From Candidatus Latescibacterota bacterium (GTDB lineage Bacteria > Latescibacterota > UBA2968), in the NCBI GenBank assembly GCA_965205975.1, contig OZ242195.1, positions 3,712,001 through 3,776,000 of the forward strand: a stretch of 64,000 bases of DNA. Reading direction: 5' to 3'. Under the pieces are notes generated by a model. That model was not told the origin of the DNA, ran no database searches, and was given only the letters and a program-made list of their open reading frames with translations. Position 1 is the stretch's first letter. Each line of letters begins with the position of its first letter. This document shows positions 1-9,436 of this stretch, piece by piece. A program made the position numbers and the translations under genes.

Positions 1-1384
1 AATCCCTCAACGTACGACCTTGCCTCTTGAGTTGGGCAGCGCACTCCGCGAGCAAAACCGCAGCAACAGCGGCATCTTTATCGCGCACAAAATCCGTAAA
101 CAAATAACCGTGGCTCTCTTCCGTCCCAAACACAAAAGTCTCATCATCTGACAAATTATTGATCACATCGCCAATATATTTGAACCCGACGAGGAGGTTA
201 TCAACAGATATCAGACCAAAATCCCTCGCAATAAGACTAATGAGATCCGTCGTAACAATCGTCTTGCACACAACACCTCTATCGGGCAATTTATCCTGCT
301 CCCTGAGCGAAGTCAAAATATAATAACACAAAATAGCACCGATCTGATTGCCATTAATCGCGAGACCTTCGGGAAGCGCATCCCATCCCCTCTGAGGATC
401 GGGCAGCGCACAACCCAGACGATCGGCATCTGGATCGCTCGCCAGAACAACATCAGCCCGAACCCGCCTTGCCTCTTCAATAGCCAGAGAAAGCGCACCC
501 GGATCTTCGGGATTTGCCACACCCCCTGCCACCGTAGGAAAATTGCCATCCGGAACATCTTGCGCCTCAACAACGCGCAAATGGGAATACCCCAGATTCT
601 GAAGCGCGGGCACAACACTCGTTGAACCAACACCGTGTAATGGCGTATATACAACACTTATATCGCGGGCATCGCAAAGGGAGAGCTCAGCCAGCTTTTC
701 AATATATTGCGCATCGATCTCTGCATCAATCACCTGGATCATCCCCCGTTCGACTCCCTCCGCATAGTCAATTCTATCGAGACGCTTAACAGCACCAACC
801 TCGGCAATAATATTCTTATCGTGCGGCGGAACCACCTGCCCGCCATCTATCCAGCACGCCTTAAAACCATTATCCGAAGGCGGATTGTGACTCGCGCTAA
901 TCACCACCCCTGCAACAGCCCCTGTCTGGCGAAGCGCAAAAGAAAGATGAGGCGTTGCGCGAGGACCGTCAAACAGACGCGCAACAATACCATTACCCGC
1001 AATAATCGCAGCCGTCTCCCGCGCAAAAACATCCGAATTGTTCCGCGTATCGTACGCAATCACCACACCCTTATCTCTGGCATCTTCAATACCCGACTTG
1101 AGAATGTACTGCGCCAAACCCTGCGCCGCTTCTCCAATCGTCCTCAAATTGATCCGATTGGGACCAGGCCCCATCTTGCCCCGAATACCGCCCGTACCAA
1201 ACTCGATATGGGTGCGAAAAGCATCCTCAATTTCGTCTATATCTCCATCTTCGATAAGCAATTGAATTTCCGGAACAAAATCGGCAAATTCCGGATCAAC
1301 AAGCCATTGTGAAATTGCTCGAAATGCCGCGGCAGAAATCCTGTTCTCTGCTGCCCAGTCTTTGATCTGCTGGTGTATCGTCAT
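1..1384 (-). CDS. Phospho-sugar mutase (phosphoglucomutase/phosphomannomutase), 3' end runs off the window
   Basis: Missing from the ORF track because it has no stop in the window. Manual translation from ATG 1384 (GGAG RBS) gives MTIHQQIKDW...IEFGTGGIRGKMGPGPNRIN, then the ASHNP phosphoserine loop and DPDxDR metal loop. Confidence 0.93.
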   Translation of the reverse strand, partial: MTIHQQIKDWAAENRISAAAFRAISQWLVDPEFADFVPEIQLLIEDGDIDEIEDAFRTHIEFGTGGIRGKMGPGPNRINLRTIGEAAQGLAQYILKSGIEDARDKGVVIAYDTRNNSDVFARETAAIIAGNGIVARLFDGPRATPHLSFALRQTGAVAGVVISASHNPPSDNGFKACWIDGGQVVPPHDKNIIAEVGAVKRLDRIDYAEGVERGMIQVIDAEIDAQYIEKLAELSLCDARDISVVYTPLHGVGSTSVVPALQNLGYSHLRVVEAQDVPDGNFPTVAGGVANPEDPGALSLAIEEARRVRADVVLASDPDADRLGCALPDPQRGWDALPEGLAINGNQIGAILCYYILTSLREQDKLPDRGVVCKTIVTTDLISLIARDFGLISVDNLLVGFKYIGDVINNLSDDETFVFGTEESHGYLFTDFVRDKDAAVAAVLLAECAAQLKRQGRTLRD

Positions 1385-1398
1385 AAATACTCCTGTTT

Positions 1399-1420
1399 AT
1401 CAGCGATCAGCAGTCAGCTA
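1399..1420. repeat. 7-nt periodic motif (TCAGCNN x3)
   Basis: tcagcga-tcagcag-tcagcta; related motifs at 4852-4879 and 55901-55920. Confidence 0.5.
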
Positions 1421-1425
1421 AAAAC

Positions 1426-1504
1426 CTTCTGGATTGCGGCTCAAAACCCTGCCGCAATGACGATTAGTGCTCGTCACGCCTGCATGCTTAAAGCAGGCGT
1501 CCAG
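1426..1504. repeat. CGTC-type double-hairpin palindromic element, copy 1
   Basis: 79 bp near-identical to 15805-15883; half copy at 14745-14784. Confidence 0.9.
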
Positions 1505-1614
1505 GATCGAGGGTATTTTAGCTTTTCATTTGTACAATATATTGCAATCTACACACCACCGTGTCAAGTGCATAGGCAAAACTACTTGACTTTAACGCTC
1601 ATTTATGCCCTATT

Positions 1615-2277
1615 TTGAAAATGCTCACAACAATCCTCATCGCCATTGGCCTTATACTGGGTATCCCCCTCGCAATTCTGGCACTCTTCATATTCTTGCC
1701 AATCCGCGCAGGTGCAACGGGATACTACCGCGAAAATGACTACAGTATATCCGGCTTCGCGCGCGGTTGTGCCGGGCTATGTGGTATTATTTGCGACATT
1801 GACAAACAGGGATTGCAACTGCGCGTCGTTATCGGACGCTGGACCGTGCGGCGTCTCTATGCACGCGGGAACCTGAAACAATTCCTGAGCTATGTCGGAA
1901 ATGCGCTCCCCTTTGTGATTCTGACGCAGTTTATGAAGCGCTTATCAAAAACAATAGCATTTCAGCACCTCGAATTGAATCTGGAACTGGGAACGGAAGA
2001 CCCCGCTTTCACCGGGCGGCTATTTGGATATGTCGAAGCATTCAAGCGCATCTTTGGCAAACGCATCCACATCTCAATCACCCCTGACTTTATCCAGCCG
2101 CGCTTTGCCGGATCGGGATCCTTGAGAATCTCCATTTATCTTCACCGTTTGATATTCGCCGCACTCGTCCTGACCGTGCGTCTTGGACTTTCGGAAGCAA
2201 AGGCATGGTGGACAGGACGCAAAAACAGGCGCAAAGCAGGGACGGCACAGGGACCGTCCCCTACGATGATATTGTGA
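1615..2277 (+). CDS. DUF2953 (YtfI-like) membrane-anchored protein
   Basis: N-terminal TM; LELGTEDPAFTG..FG and ITPDF motifs; directly upstream of a YtfJ homologue. Confidence 0.75.
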   Translation: MKMLTTILIAIGLILGIPLAILALFIFLPIRAGATGYYRENDYSISGFARGCAGLCGIICDIDKQGLQLRVVIGRWTVRRLYARGNLKQFLSYVGNALPFVILTQFMKRLSKTIAFQHLELNLELGTEDPAFTGRLFGYVEAFKRIFGKRIHISITPDFIQPRFAGSGSLRISIYLHRLIFAALVLTVRLGLSEAKAWWTGRKNRRKAGTAQGPSPTMIL

Positions 2278-2344
2278 TTGTTGTAGGGGCGACCCCCTGT
2301 GGTCGCCCGCTGACGTACGGGTGGGTTTTTAAACCCGACCCTAT
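2239..2344. repeat. Cluster of three GTAG-type REP palindromes
   Basis: 2239-2264 gggacggc..ccgtcccctac; 2283-2308 gtaggggcgacc..ggtcgccc; 2319-2344 degenerate gggtgggttt..aaacccgaccctat. Confidence 0.85.
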
Positions 2345-2371
2345 CGCGACTTTACTTTTTCGGGAGGAAAC

Positions 2372-2755
2372 ATGGCAATAGAAGACATGGTGCGAACGAT
2401 GTTAAACGAACTGCGTGAAATCGTAAAAACCGAAACCGTAGTAGGCGAGCCTGTAATTGCGGGCGACATCACCATCATACCCGTATCCAAAATATCCTTT
2501 GGATTTGGCGCAGGAGGAGGACAGAGCGAAAAAGACGATGGCAGCAGTGGCACGGGTGGAGGCGGCTCTGTGCAACCCGTGGCATTCATCGTCATACAAA
2601 AAGGCAAAGCACAGCTTCTACCTATAGAAGACAAAAGCATGTCTCTCGCCGACCTGCTCAAATATGCGCCCGATGTAATAGAAAAAATTAAAGCGTTTAA
2701 AGACAAGCGCAAAAAACAGAAAGACGACGAGGAAGGCGACGAAGAACAAAAATAA
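2372..2755 (+). CDS. GerW/YtfJ family protein
   Basis: TVVGEP..ITIIPVSKISFGFGAGGG...GGGGSVQPVAFIV; GGAGG RBS. Confidence 0.92.
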   Translation: MAIEDMVRTMLNELREIVKTETVVGEPVIAGDITIIPVSKISFGFGAGGGQSEKDDGSSGTGGGGSVQPVAFIVIQKGKAQLLPIEDKSMSLADLLKYAPDVIEKIKAFKDKRKKQKDDEEGDEEQK

Positions 2756-2761
2756 ACCACT

Positions 2762-4855
2762 ATGCTCTCAAACTTAAACCAGCCCCTGCGAACACTGCCG
2801 GGCATTGGGCCAAAGCGCGAAAAAGTATTGGAAAACGCCGGCATCGCCACCGTGGGCGATCTGCTATTGTATTTGCCCTATCGGTACATAGATCGCTCTA
2901 CCGAAGTCGGAATCGCACACCTGCCGCTGGATCGGGAAGTCACCGCAGTCGGTGAAATCGTAAGCATGCAGACAATCCCCGGCAAGCGTCGGCGATTCGT
3001 CATGACAGTCGAAGACCAGACCGGATCGGTCGCCTGCACGTGGTTCGGAGGCATTCAATACCTCAAAAATGCATATCGCGCAGGCGACATCGTAGCACTC
3101 GGGGGTAAATTGACGCGGTTTGGGCGCACATTGCAAATGGTACACCCTGAAATAGAAGTTCTCGCAAACGAAGACGACGACAATCAGCGGCTGCATACCG
3201 GACGCATCATCCCGCTGTATTCCACCACATCAAAAATGAAGGCAGACCGCCTCACAGCCCGCGCACTTCGCCGTCTCTTATTCGCCGCGCTACAAGCTAT
3301 TGGAGATCAGATCGAAGACCCATTGGACGAAAACATACGCAAACGCTGTGGTCTAATGCGCCTGCGAGACGCAATTGAAAAAATCCATTTCCCAGACACA
3401 ACAACGGACATAGACACTGCGCGGCAACGCCTATCTTATGACGAAATCTTCTACATCCAGCTTTATCTGGGACAAGCAAAAAAGCTACGCCAAAGCACAC
3501 CCGGACGCGAACTGACATCCAGCGGCCCCCTGACGCAACAACTCGTGGCGAATCTACCCTTCAAACTAACGCATGCACAAACGCGCGCCATTACAGAAAT
3601 CAGCCACGACTTACAGTGCCCCGTAGCCATGCACCGTCTGTTACAAGGCGATGTGGGATCCGGCAAAACCCTCGTCGCCCTCCACGCCATGTTGTGTGCT
3701 GCAGACAGCGGCGCGCAGGCCGCCCTGATGGCCCCCACAGAGATCCTCGCCGAGCAACATGCCCACACCATACGGGAACTCGTCGCACCGCTGGGCTTAG
3801 ACGTAGCACTGATAACAGGACGCATGCGAAAAGCGCAACGCGCCAAAATACTGGACGGATTGCATTCTGGAAAAATAAAAATAGCAGTCGGCACACATGC
3901 CCTGTTGCAAAACGACATCGCATTTGCCGACCTCGCACTCATCGTCGTCGATGAGCAACATCGCTTTGGCGTGGTCCAGCGCGCCATGTTGCGCGAAAAA
4001 GGCAATGCGACCCATCTTCTGGTCATGACCGCCACTCCCATACCCAGATCCCTATCGCTAACCCTGTACGGCGACCTGGATGTCACCATCATCGACGCCC
4101 TGCCGCCCGGTCGCATCCCTGTACGCACGGGATGGCGTTATGCACAGGACCGCGCCCGCGCACTGCAATTTCTGTGCAGCGAACTGCAACAAGGACATCA
4201 GGCATATATCGTCTATCCGCTCGTATCCGAATCCGAAAAAAGCGACCTGCAAGCCGCCACCGCCGCCTTTGAAGACCTGCAACAAGGCGCACTCTCCAAC
4301 TTCCAACTGGGCTTGCTTCACGGTCGGCTAAAACGCGACGAAAAAGAAACCACAATGTCTGCATTCAGGCGCGGCGAACTGAATGCACTGGTCACGACAA
4401 CAGTCATAGAAGTCGGTGTCGATGTTCCCAATGCCACAGTCATGATGGTCGAACACGCCGAGCGCTTTGGACTATCGCAATTGCACCAATTGCGCGGCCG
4501 CGTGGGTCGCGGCCAACATCAATCCTACTGCATCTTAATTGCAGATCCTCAGGACGCACTATCGGGTGAGGCACATGAACGCCTCGACGCCATGGCGCGA
4601 ACAACAGATGGATTCGAAATCTCAGAAGCCGACTTGTGCATTCGGGGACCCGGACATATTTTTGGCACACAACAAGCCGGCTTCCCCAAATTTCACTTTG
4701 CCGACCTCGTACGCGACGGCGCCTTAATCACCGCCGCACGCCGAGAAGTACAGACACTCCTGGACCACGACCCAAATTTGACCGCGCACACTGTTTTAAG
4801 ACGAGAATTAGACGCAACCGCACGCCACGACATGCAAATTGTAGAAGCGGGATAA
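2762..4855 (+). CDS. recG: ATP-dependent DNA helicase RecG
   Basis: OB wedge; LLQGDVGSGKT, DEQHRFG, MTATPIPR, QLRGRVGR. Confidence 0.98.
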   Translation: MLSNLNQPLRTLPGIGPKREKVLENAGIATVGDLLLYLPYRYIDRSTEVGIAHLPLDREVTAVGEIVSMQTIPGKRRRFVMTVEDQTGSVACTWFGGIQYLKNAYRAGDIVALGGKLTRFGRTLQMVHPEIEVLANEDDDNQRLHTGRIIPLYSTTSKMKADRLTARALRRLLFAALQAIGDQIEDPLDENIRKRCGLMRLRDAIEKIHFPDTTTDIDTARQRLSYDEIFYIQLYLGQAKKLRQSTPGRELTSSGPLTQQLVANLPFKLTHAQTRAITEISHDLQCPVAMHRLLQGDVGSGKTLVALHAMLCAADSGAQAALMAPTEILAEQHAHTIRELVAPLGLDVALITGRMRKAQRAKILDGLHSGKIKIAVGTHALLQNDIAFADLALIVVDEQHRFGVVQRAMLREKGNATHLLVMTATPIPRSLSLTLYGDLDVTIIDALPPGRIPVRTGWRYAQDRARALQFLCSELQQGHQAYIVYPLVSESEKSDLQAATAAFEDLQQGALSNFQLGLLHGRLKRDEKETTMSAFRRGELNALVTTTVIEVGVDVPNATVMMVEHAERFGLSQLHQLRGRVGRGQHQSYCILIADPQDALSGEAHERLDAMARTTDGFEISEADLCIRGPGHIFGTQQAGFPKFHFADLVRDGALITAARREVQTLLDHDPNLTAHTVLRRELDATARHDMQIVEAG

Positions 4856-4879
4856 CCGCTTATAGCTAACCGCTAATAG

Positions 4880-4908
4880 TTGACACCCCTATTGTATTAT
4901 GGTAGATT
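4880..4908 (+). promoter_or_regulatory. Sigma70-type promoter for the pfkB-hflKC-...-gcvP run
   Basis: TTGACA-N17-TAGATT with TG extended -10. Confidence 0.65.
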
Positions 4909-4964
4909 GATTCGGCTTTCTTATGCGGATGATCTTTTTCACCATTACCCCCGGAAACTGACTG

Positions 4965-5975
4965 ATGAATCATGAGCTGCGCATTGCGTTGCTTGGCACG
5001 ATTAACCGCGACACGATTTACACCGCCGATGGCGTGACAACCGAAAGCTACGGTGGTTTATTGTACAGCATCCTGGCATTGGCCGAGATCGCGTCTTCTC
5101 ATGTAGCGATTTATCCCATCTGCAATGTAGGCGCAGACATGGAAACCGTAGTGCGAGAAAAACTCGCGCCATACCCGCACGTCAAATTCGACGGCATCCA
5201 ATTTGTATCGGGCAAAAATCCCCATTGCTTTTTGGATTACGACGCAAACGGGCGCAAACGCGAAACCCTGCACAATGACGTCCCGCAAATCTCTTTTTCA
5301 CAAATTGAACCGTTTTTAGACTGCGACGCGATATGCTTTAATTTCATCACCGGAATGGAACTCGCCCTCGAAACCGCGCAGCGCGTGCGTCGTTTCGCCA
5401 CCGGCTTATTGTTGATGGATGTCCACAGTCTAACCCTGGGCATGGATAAAAAACGCCGCCGATTCTGGCGCGTACCCCCGCAGTGGAAAAAATGGATGGG
5501 ATGCGTGGATGTCGTACAAATGAACGAGCAAGAAGGCGCTTTGCTCGCCGGCGAAACACTCGATAGCAAAGATGCAACACGCCGTTTTGCAAAACAGGTA
5601 CTGTGCGCGGGACCTTCAGTATTGATGATCACGCGCAGCAACCGCGGTTCTGAGACAATTTTTCAGAATGACCGCTCAGATATTGTAATCGACAAATTCG
5701 ATCCCGCGCCCATAGCTGAACCCTGCGATGAAACCGGGTGTGGCGACACCTTTTTGATGGGATACACCTGGGCCTTCTTGCAAACGGACAACCGCGCCTT
5801 TGCCAGTCGTTTTGCCAATCGAGTGGCGGGTATCAACGTGTGTTTGCGCGGCATTGAAGGCATAGCCAAAATAAGCCAATTCTTAACCCCCGACGACCTG
5901 CCTGTGCGGGACATGCAGACAGGTCAATCCGCCGTATTAGACGGCATTCTCCCCGGTCCTGAAAGGAGGGCCTGA
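4965..5975 (+). CDS. PfkB family carbohydrate kinase
   Basis: NEQE motif and DETGCGDTF anion-hole motif. Confidence 0.88.
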   Translation: MNHELRIALLGTINRDTIYTADGVTTESYGGLLYSILALAEIASSHVAIYPICNVGADMETVVREKLAPYPHVKFDGIQFVSGKNPHCFLDYDANGRKRETLHNDVPQISFSQIEPFLDCDAICFNFITGMELALETAQRVRRFATGLLLMDVHSLTLGMDKKRRRFWRVPPQWKKWMGCVDVVQMNEQEGALLAGETLDSKDATRRFAKQVLCAGPSVLMITRSNRGSETIFQNDRSDIVIDKFDPAPIAEPCDETGCGDTFLMGYTWAFLQTDNRAFASRFANRVAGINVCLRGIEGIAKISQFLTPDDLPVRDMQTGQSAVLDGILPGPERRA

Positions 5976-6949
5976 TGCAAGAATATCAATTTCCAAATCG
6001 TCCAAATTTCGATTTGCAATTCAACCCCAAGTTCATCTATTACGGGTTAATTGTACTGGCATTGCTCTGGTTGGGCAGCGGCATCTACACGGTGCGGCAA
6101 GATGAGCAAGCAGTCGTATTTCGATTCGGACGAGCGGTGGGCCTGGAAGATCCTGGCATCCACTACCACTGGCCCACACCCATCGAGCGCATTGAGAAAG
6201 AGCGCGTATCAGAGGTAAAACGCCTCGAAGTCGGCTTTCGCACCATCAGCGTAACGCCCACGCCGAGATACCAGAAGGTCTCAGCCGAATCCGCGATGTT
6301 GACCGGCGACGAGAATATCGTCGATGTAGAACTGATCGTTCAGTATCGCATCCGCGATATGGAGGACTATTTGTTCCAGGTCAACGACCAGCGAAAAGCC
6401 ATCAAGGACGTAACCGAGGCCGCATTGCGCCAGGTCATCGGGCAGCGCACCATCGATGAAGCCCTCACAGAGGGCAAGCTGGAAATACAAGAAGAGATTC
6501 TGAAACAGGTTCAGGTAGTCCTGGATATCTACAAAATCGGCGTGCGCGTCGATCAAGCCAAGTTGCAGACCGTGTCTGTACCCCAGGAAGTGGATCACGC
6601 ATTTAAGGACGTTGCCAACGCGCGAGAAGACCGCGAAAAACTCCGCAATGAAGCCGAAGCCTATCGCAACGATATTATCCCAAAAACGCGCGGTGAAGCC
6701 GAAAAAATGATCCGAGAAGCCGAAGCCTACAAAGTTGAGCGAGTCAAGCGCTCACAGGGCGATGCAGACCGATTCGTCGAGGTACTCAAAGAATATCGCA
6801 ATGCAAAAGACGTGACCGAAACGCGAATGTACCTCGAAACAATGGAAAAAATCCTGCCCGGCATGCAAAAATACGTCGTCGAATCCGATGGCAAGGGCGG
6901 TATCCTCAACGTTCTCAATCTGCAAAAGCCAGTTGGAGGAGGAAATTGA
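5975..6949 (+). CDS. hflK: FtsH protease modulator HflK
   Basis: SPFH domain, MLTGDENIVDV, ARED..NEAEAY.N.IIP..RG, TRMYLETME. Confidence 0.96.
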   Translation: MQEYQFPNRPNFDLQFNPKFIYYGLIVLALLWLGSGIYTVRQDEQAVVFRFGRAVGLEDPGIHYHWPTPIERIEKERVSEVKRLEVGFRTISVTPTPRYQKVSAESAMLTGDENIVDVELIVQYRIRDMEDYLFQVNDQRKAIKDVTEAALRQVIGQRTIDEALTEGKLEIQEEILKQVQVVLDIYKIGVRVDQAKLQTVSVPQEVDHAFKDVANAREDREKLRNEAEAYRNDIIPKTRGEAEKMIREAEAYKVERVKRSQGDADRFVEVLKEYRNAKDVTETRMYLETMEKILPGMQKYVVESDGKGGILNVLNLQKPVGGGN

Positions 6950-6950
6950 T

Positions 6951-7811
6951 ATGCGCAACCTCGTAACTCTGGTGGTCATCTTGATCGCAGGGAGTATTTT
7001 ACTGAATGCATCGTGTTATATCGTGGATGAACGCGAACAGGTCGTCGTCACAGAATTTGGGCAACCCGTACGCACCGTACAGTCTCCGGGCCTGCATTTT
7101 AAAATCCCATTTATCCAGCAATTGCACACCTTTGAAGATCGCCTGCTGTACAGCGATGCCGACCCCAGACAAATTTACACACAGGACAAGAAAAACCTCA
7201 TCGTCGATAACTTCGCCCGCTGGCGCATCACAGATCCACTCAAGTTTTTGGTATCTGTGCAAAATGTCTCTTATGCACAATCGCGCCTGGACGACATCAT
7301 TTTTTCTGCTGTTCGAGAAGAACTCGGACAACGCACGCTGGTCGAGATCGTAGCTACGCACCGCGAGGAAATCATGAAAAAAGTGACAGAGCGATCCCAC
7401 GAGGCAGCACTCGCACTGGGCATTGATATTCTCGATGTGCGGATTAAGCGCGCAGATTTGCCTCGCGAAAACAAAAACAACGTGTTTGAACGCATGCGCG
7501 CCGAACGCACGCGGCAAGCCAAAGAATACCGCGCCGAAGGTGAGGAAATGTCCTTGAAAATTCGCGCGGAAACCGACCTCGAAGTGACGCGCCTCAAATC
7601 CGAAGCCCTGCAAAAATCGCAGCTAATTCGCGGCGAGGGCGATGCCGAAGCATTGCGTATCTATGCCGATGCCTTTGAACAAGACCCCCGTTTTTTTCAA
7701 TTCTGGCGCACCCTCGAAGCCTATGAAAAAACCCTGGGCGAAGGAACCACCGTCGTGATGCCACCCACCAGTGATTTCTTCAAGTACCTGACCCAAAAGC
7801 GTCCGCGGTAG
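6951..7811 (+). CDS. hflC: FtsH protease modulator HflC
   Basis: PGLHFKIPF, DVRIKRADLP, FERMRAER, DPRFFQFWRTLEAY; start after GGAGG RBS. Confidence 0.96.
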   Translation: MRNLVTLVVILIAGSILLNASCYIVDEREQVVVTEFGQPVRTVQSPGLHFKIPFIQQLHTFEDRLLYSDADPRQIYTQDKKNLIVDNFARWRITDPLKFLVSVQNVSYAQSRLDDIIFSAVREELGQRTLVEIVATHREEIMKKVTERSHEAALALGIDILDVRIKRADLPRENKNNVFERMRAERTRQAKEYRAEGEEMSLKIRAETDLEVTRLKSEALQKSQLIRGEGDAEALRIYADAFEQDPRFFQFWRTLEAYEKTLGEGTTVVMPPTSDFFKYLTQKRPR

Positions 7812-7820
7812 AAATGGACC

Positions 7821-7846
7821 GTAGGGGACGGCCTCTGTGCCGTCCC
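7821..7846 (+). repeat. GTAG-type REP palindrome
   Basis: gtaggggacggc-ctctgt-gccgtccc. Confidence 0.85.
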
Positions 7847-7904
7847 GTCTGTATTGCCCTGAATATGTCGAAGGGTATAGGCTACGCCTCAACGAGGCAA
7901 CCCC

Positions 7905-8837
7905 ATGTCTGCCCGTTCAACCCAAATCTCGTATCTCTGCTTTCTCCTCCTCTTCTCTTTTTCCGCAGTAAACGCGACAGAATGGCACAAATTTGAACGC
8001 GATGGCCTCGCCTTACACCTCGCGCATAACGATGCGGTTCGGGCAGGAGAATTGTTGAACGCGCTCCTTATTGGGCGCAATGAAATTCGGCGCAAACTGG
8101 GCGGCACACCCGAAATTCCGATAACGGTTTATCTCGCACCGAGCGAAGCTGTTTTTCGAGAATTGACTCACGGGCGGTTGCCGCATTGGAGCGCAGGAGT
8201 TGCATTTCTCGAATCGCGCACCATTATTCTGCAAGCCAGCGCCGACAATTTGCTACAGGTTGCGCGGCACGAATTTGCCCATATATTTTTGCACGCCATC
8301 GCGCCATCACGCGTGCCCGTCTGGTTTCACGAAGGCGTGGCGATGTGGGCATCGCACGAGTGGCGTTTGCGACAAAGTGCGGCTGTGTTTTACGCGGTCT
8401 TTTCGGAAAACTTAATCCCGCTCTCCGAAATTGATGAAGTCCTTTCTTTTCCCTCGGCAAAAGCCGACCTGGCCTACACGGAAAGTTTGCTGGCAGTCTC
8501 TTTTTTGATCCGTTTGGGCGGTCCCAATGCCGTGGTCGTCATGCTTTCCGAACTGGAAGCAGATGCGCCCTTTGAAGTCGCACTATTTCGCGTAACTGGC
8601 GAAACACCCCGCGAATTTGAGCGGCGATGGCGCGATGATGTACAGGCGCGATTCAGTCTGATGACACTACTCTTTTCGCCCGATTTGATCTGGCTGTATC
8701 TCACCCTGCTCTTGCTGCTCGCCTATATATGCGTGAGACTGCGGAATCGCGCGACCTTGCGGCGATGGGAAGCCGAAGACGCAGCCGAAGAATTGACCTT
8801 ACAATTGCGCGTATATCGCCGAGAGGACGAGCAGTGA
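7905..8837 (+). CDS. Peptidase MA-like zinc metallohydrolase with signal peptide and C-terminal TM
   Basis: HEFAH (HExxH) followed by PVWFHEGVA. Confidence 0.8.
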   Translation: MSARSTQISYLCFLLLFSFSAVNATEWHKFERDGLALHLAHNDAVRAGELLNALLIGRNEIRRKLGGTPEIPITVYLAPSEAVFRELTHGRLPHWSAGVAFLESRTIILQASADNLLQVARHEFAHIFLHAIAPSRVPVWFHEGVAMWASHEWRLRQSAAVFYAVFSENLIPLSEIDEVLSFPSAKADLAYTESLLAVSFLIRLGGPNAVVVMLSELEADAPFEVALFRVTGETPREFERRWRDDVQARFSLMTLLFSPDLIWLYLTLLLLLAYICVRLRNRATLRRWEAEDAAEELTLQLRVYRREDEQ

Positions 8838-9436
8838 TCATAGGCGTAACAGGAGGCATTGGCGCAGGGAAAAGCACCGTGTGCGCCGTATTTGAAGAAG
8901 CTGGTGCCTGCGTAATCGACGCCGATGCAATAGGTCACGAAGTACTCCGCGACCCGATTGTGATTCGCAACCTGACCGATGTGTTCGGACGAGAGATCCT
9001 GGATCCCGACGGACAAATCGCACGCCGGGAATTGGGCAAACAGGCATTTGCGTCTGACAAAAACCGCGAAAAACTCAACGCCATTGTATGGCAACCGCTT
9101 CGGCAGTTATTGCTGGACAAAATTCACGCAGCCCTAAAAAGAGAACCCACACGCCCCGTCGTTGTAGATGCAGCCCTGCTGGTCGAGCGCGGCGATCCAA
9201 AAAAAATCGTCGATGTACTCGTCGTGGTAACCGCCCCCGAAACCTTGCGGATCCAGCGGACAGTGGCACGATTGGGCATCTCCAGAGCCGAAGTCATGGC
9301 CCGACTATCCGCACAATTGCCCGAAGAAGACAAAGTCTCAATCGCAGATTTTGTCATAGTAAATGATAAAACACCCGCCGTGTGTCGCCAGCGCGCGCGG
9401 GCTATTTGGAACAAATTGCAATGTGAGGAACAATGA
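8834..9436 (+). CDS. coaE: Dephospho-CoA kinase
   Basis: IGVTGGIGAGKSTV, IDAD, VVVDAALLVE, ADFVIVND; GTG start overlaps the upstream stop. Confidence 0.96.
   Translation: MIIGVTGGIGAGKSTVCAVFEEAGACVIDADAIGHEVLRDPIVIRNLTDVFGREILDPDGQIARRELGKQAFASDKNREKLNAIVWQPLRQLLLDKIHAALKREPTRPVVVDAALLVERGDPKKIVDVLVVVTAPETLRIQRTVARLGISRAEVMARLSAQLPEEDKVSIADFVIVNDKTPAVCRQRARAIWNKLQCEEQ

Noticed and set aside
707..1312. 201-aa + strand ORF and 313-657 (-) ORF
   Set aside because: Shadow frames of the phospho-sugar mutase on the minus strand
1426..1504. Double hairpin upstream of genes as a riboswitch or tRNA
   Set aside because: Dispersed copies sit before unrelated genes, with no recognisable aptamer or cloverleaf; better explained as a palindromic repeat
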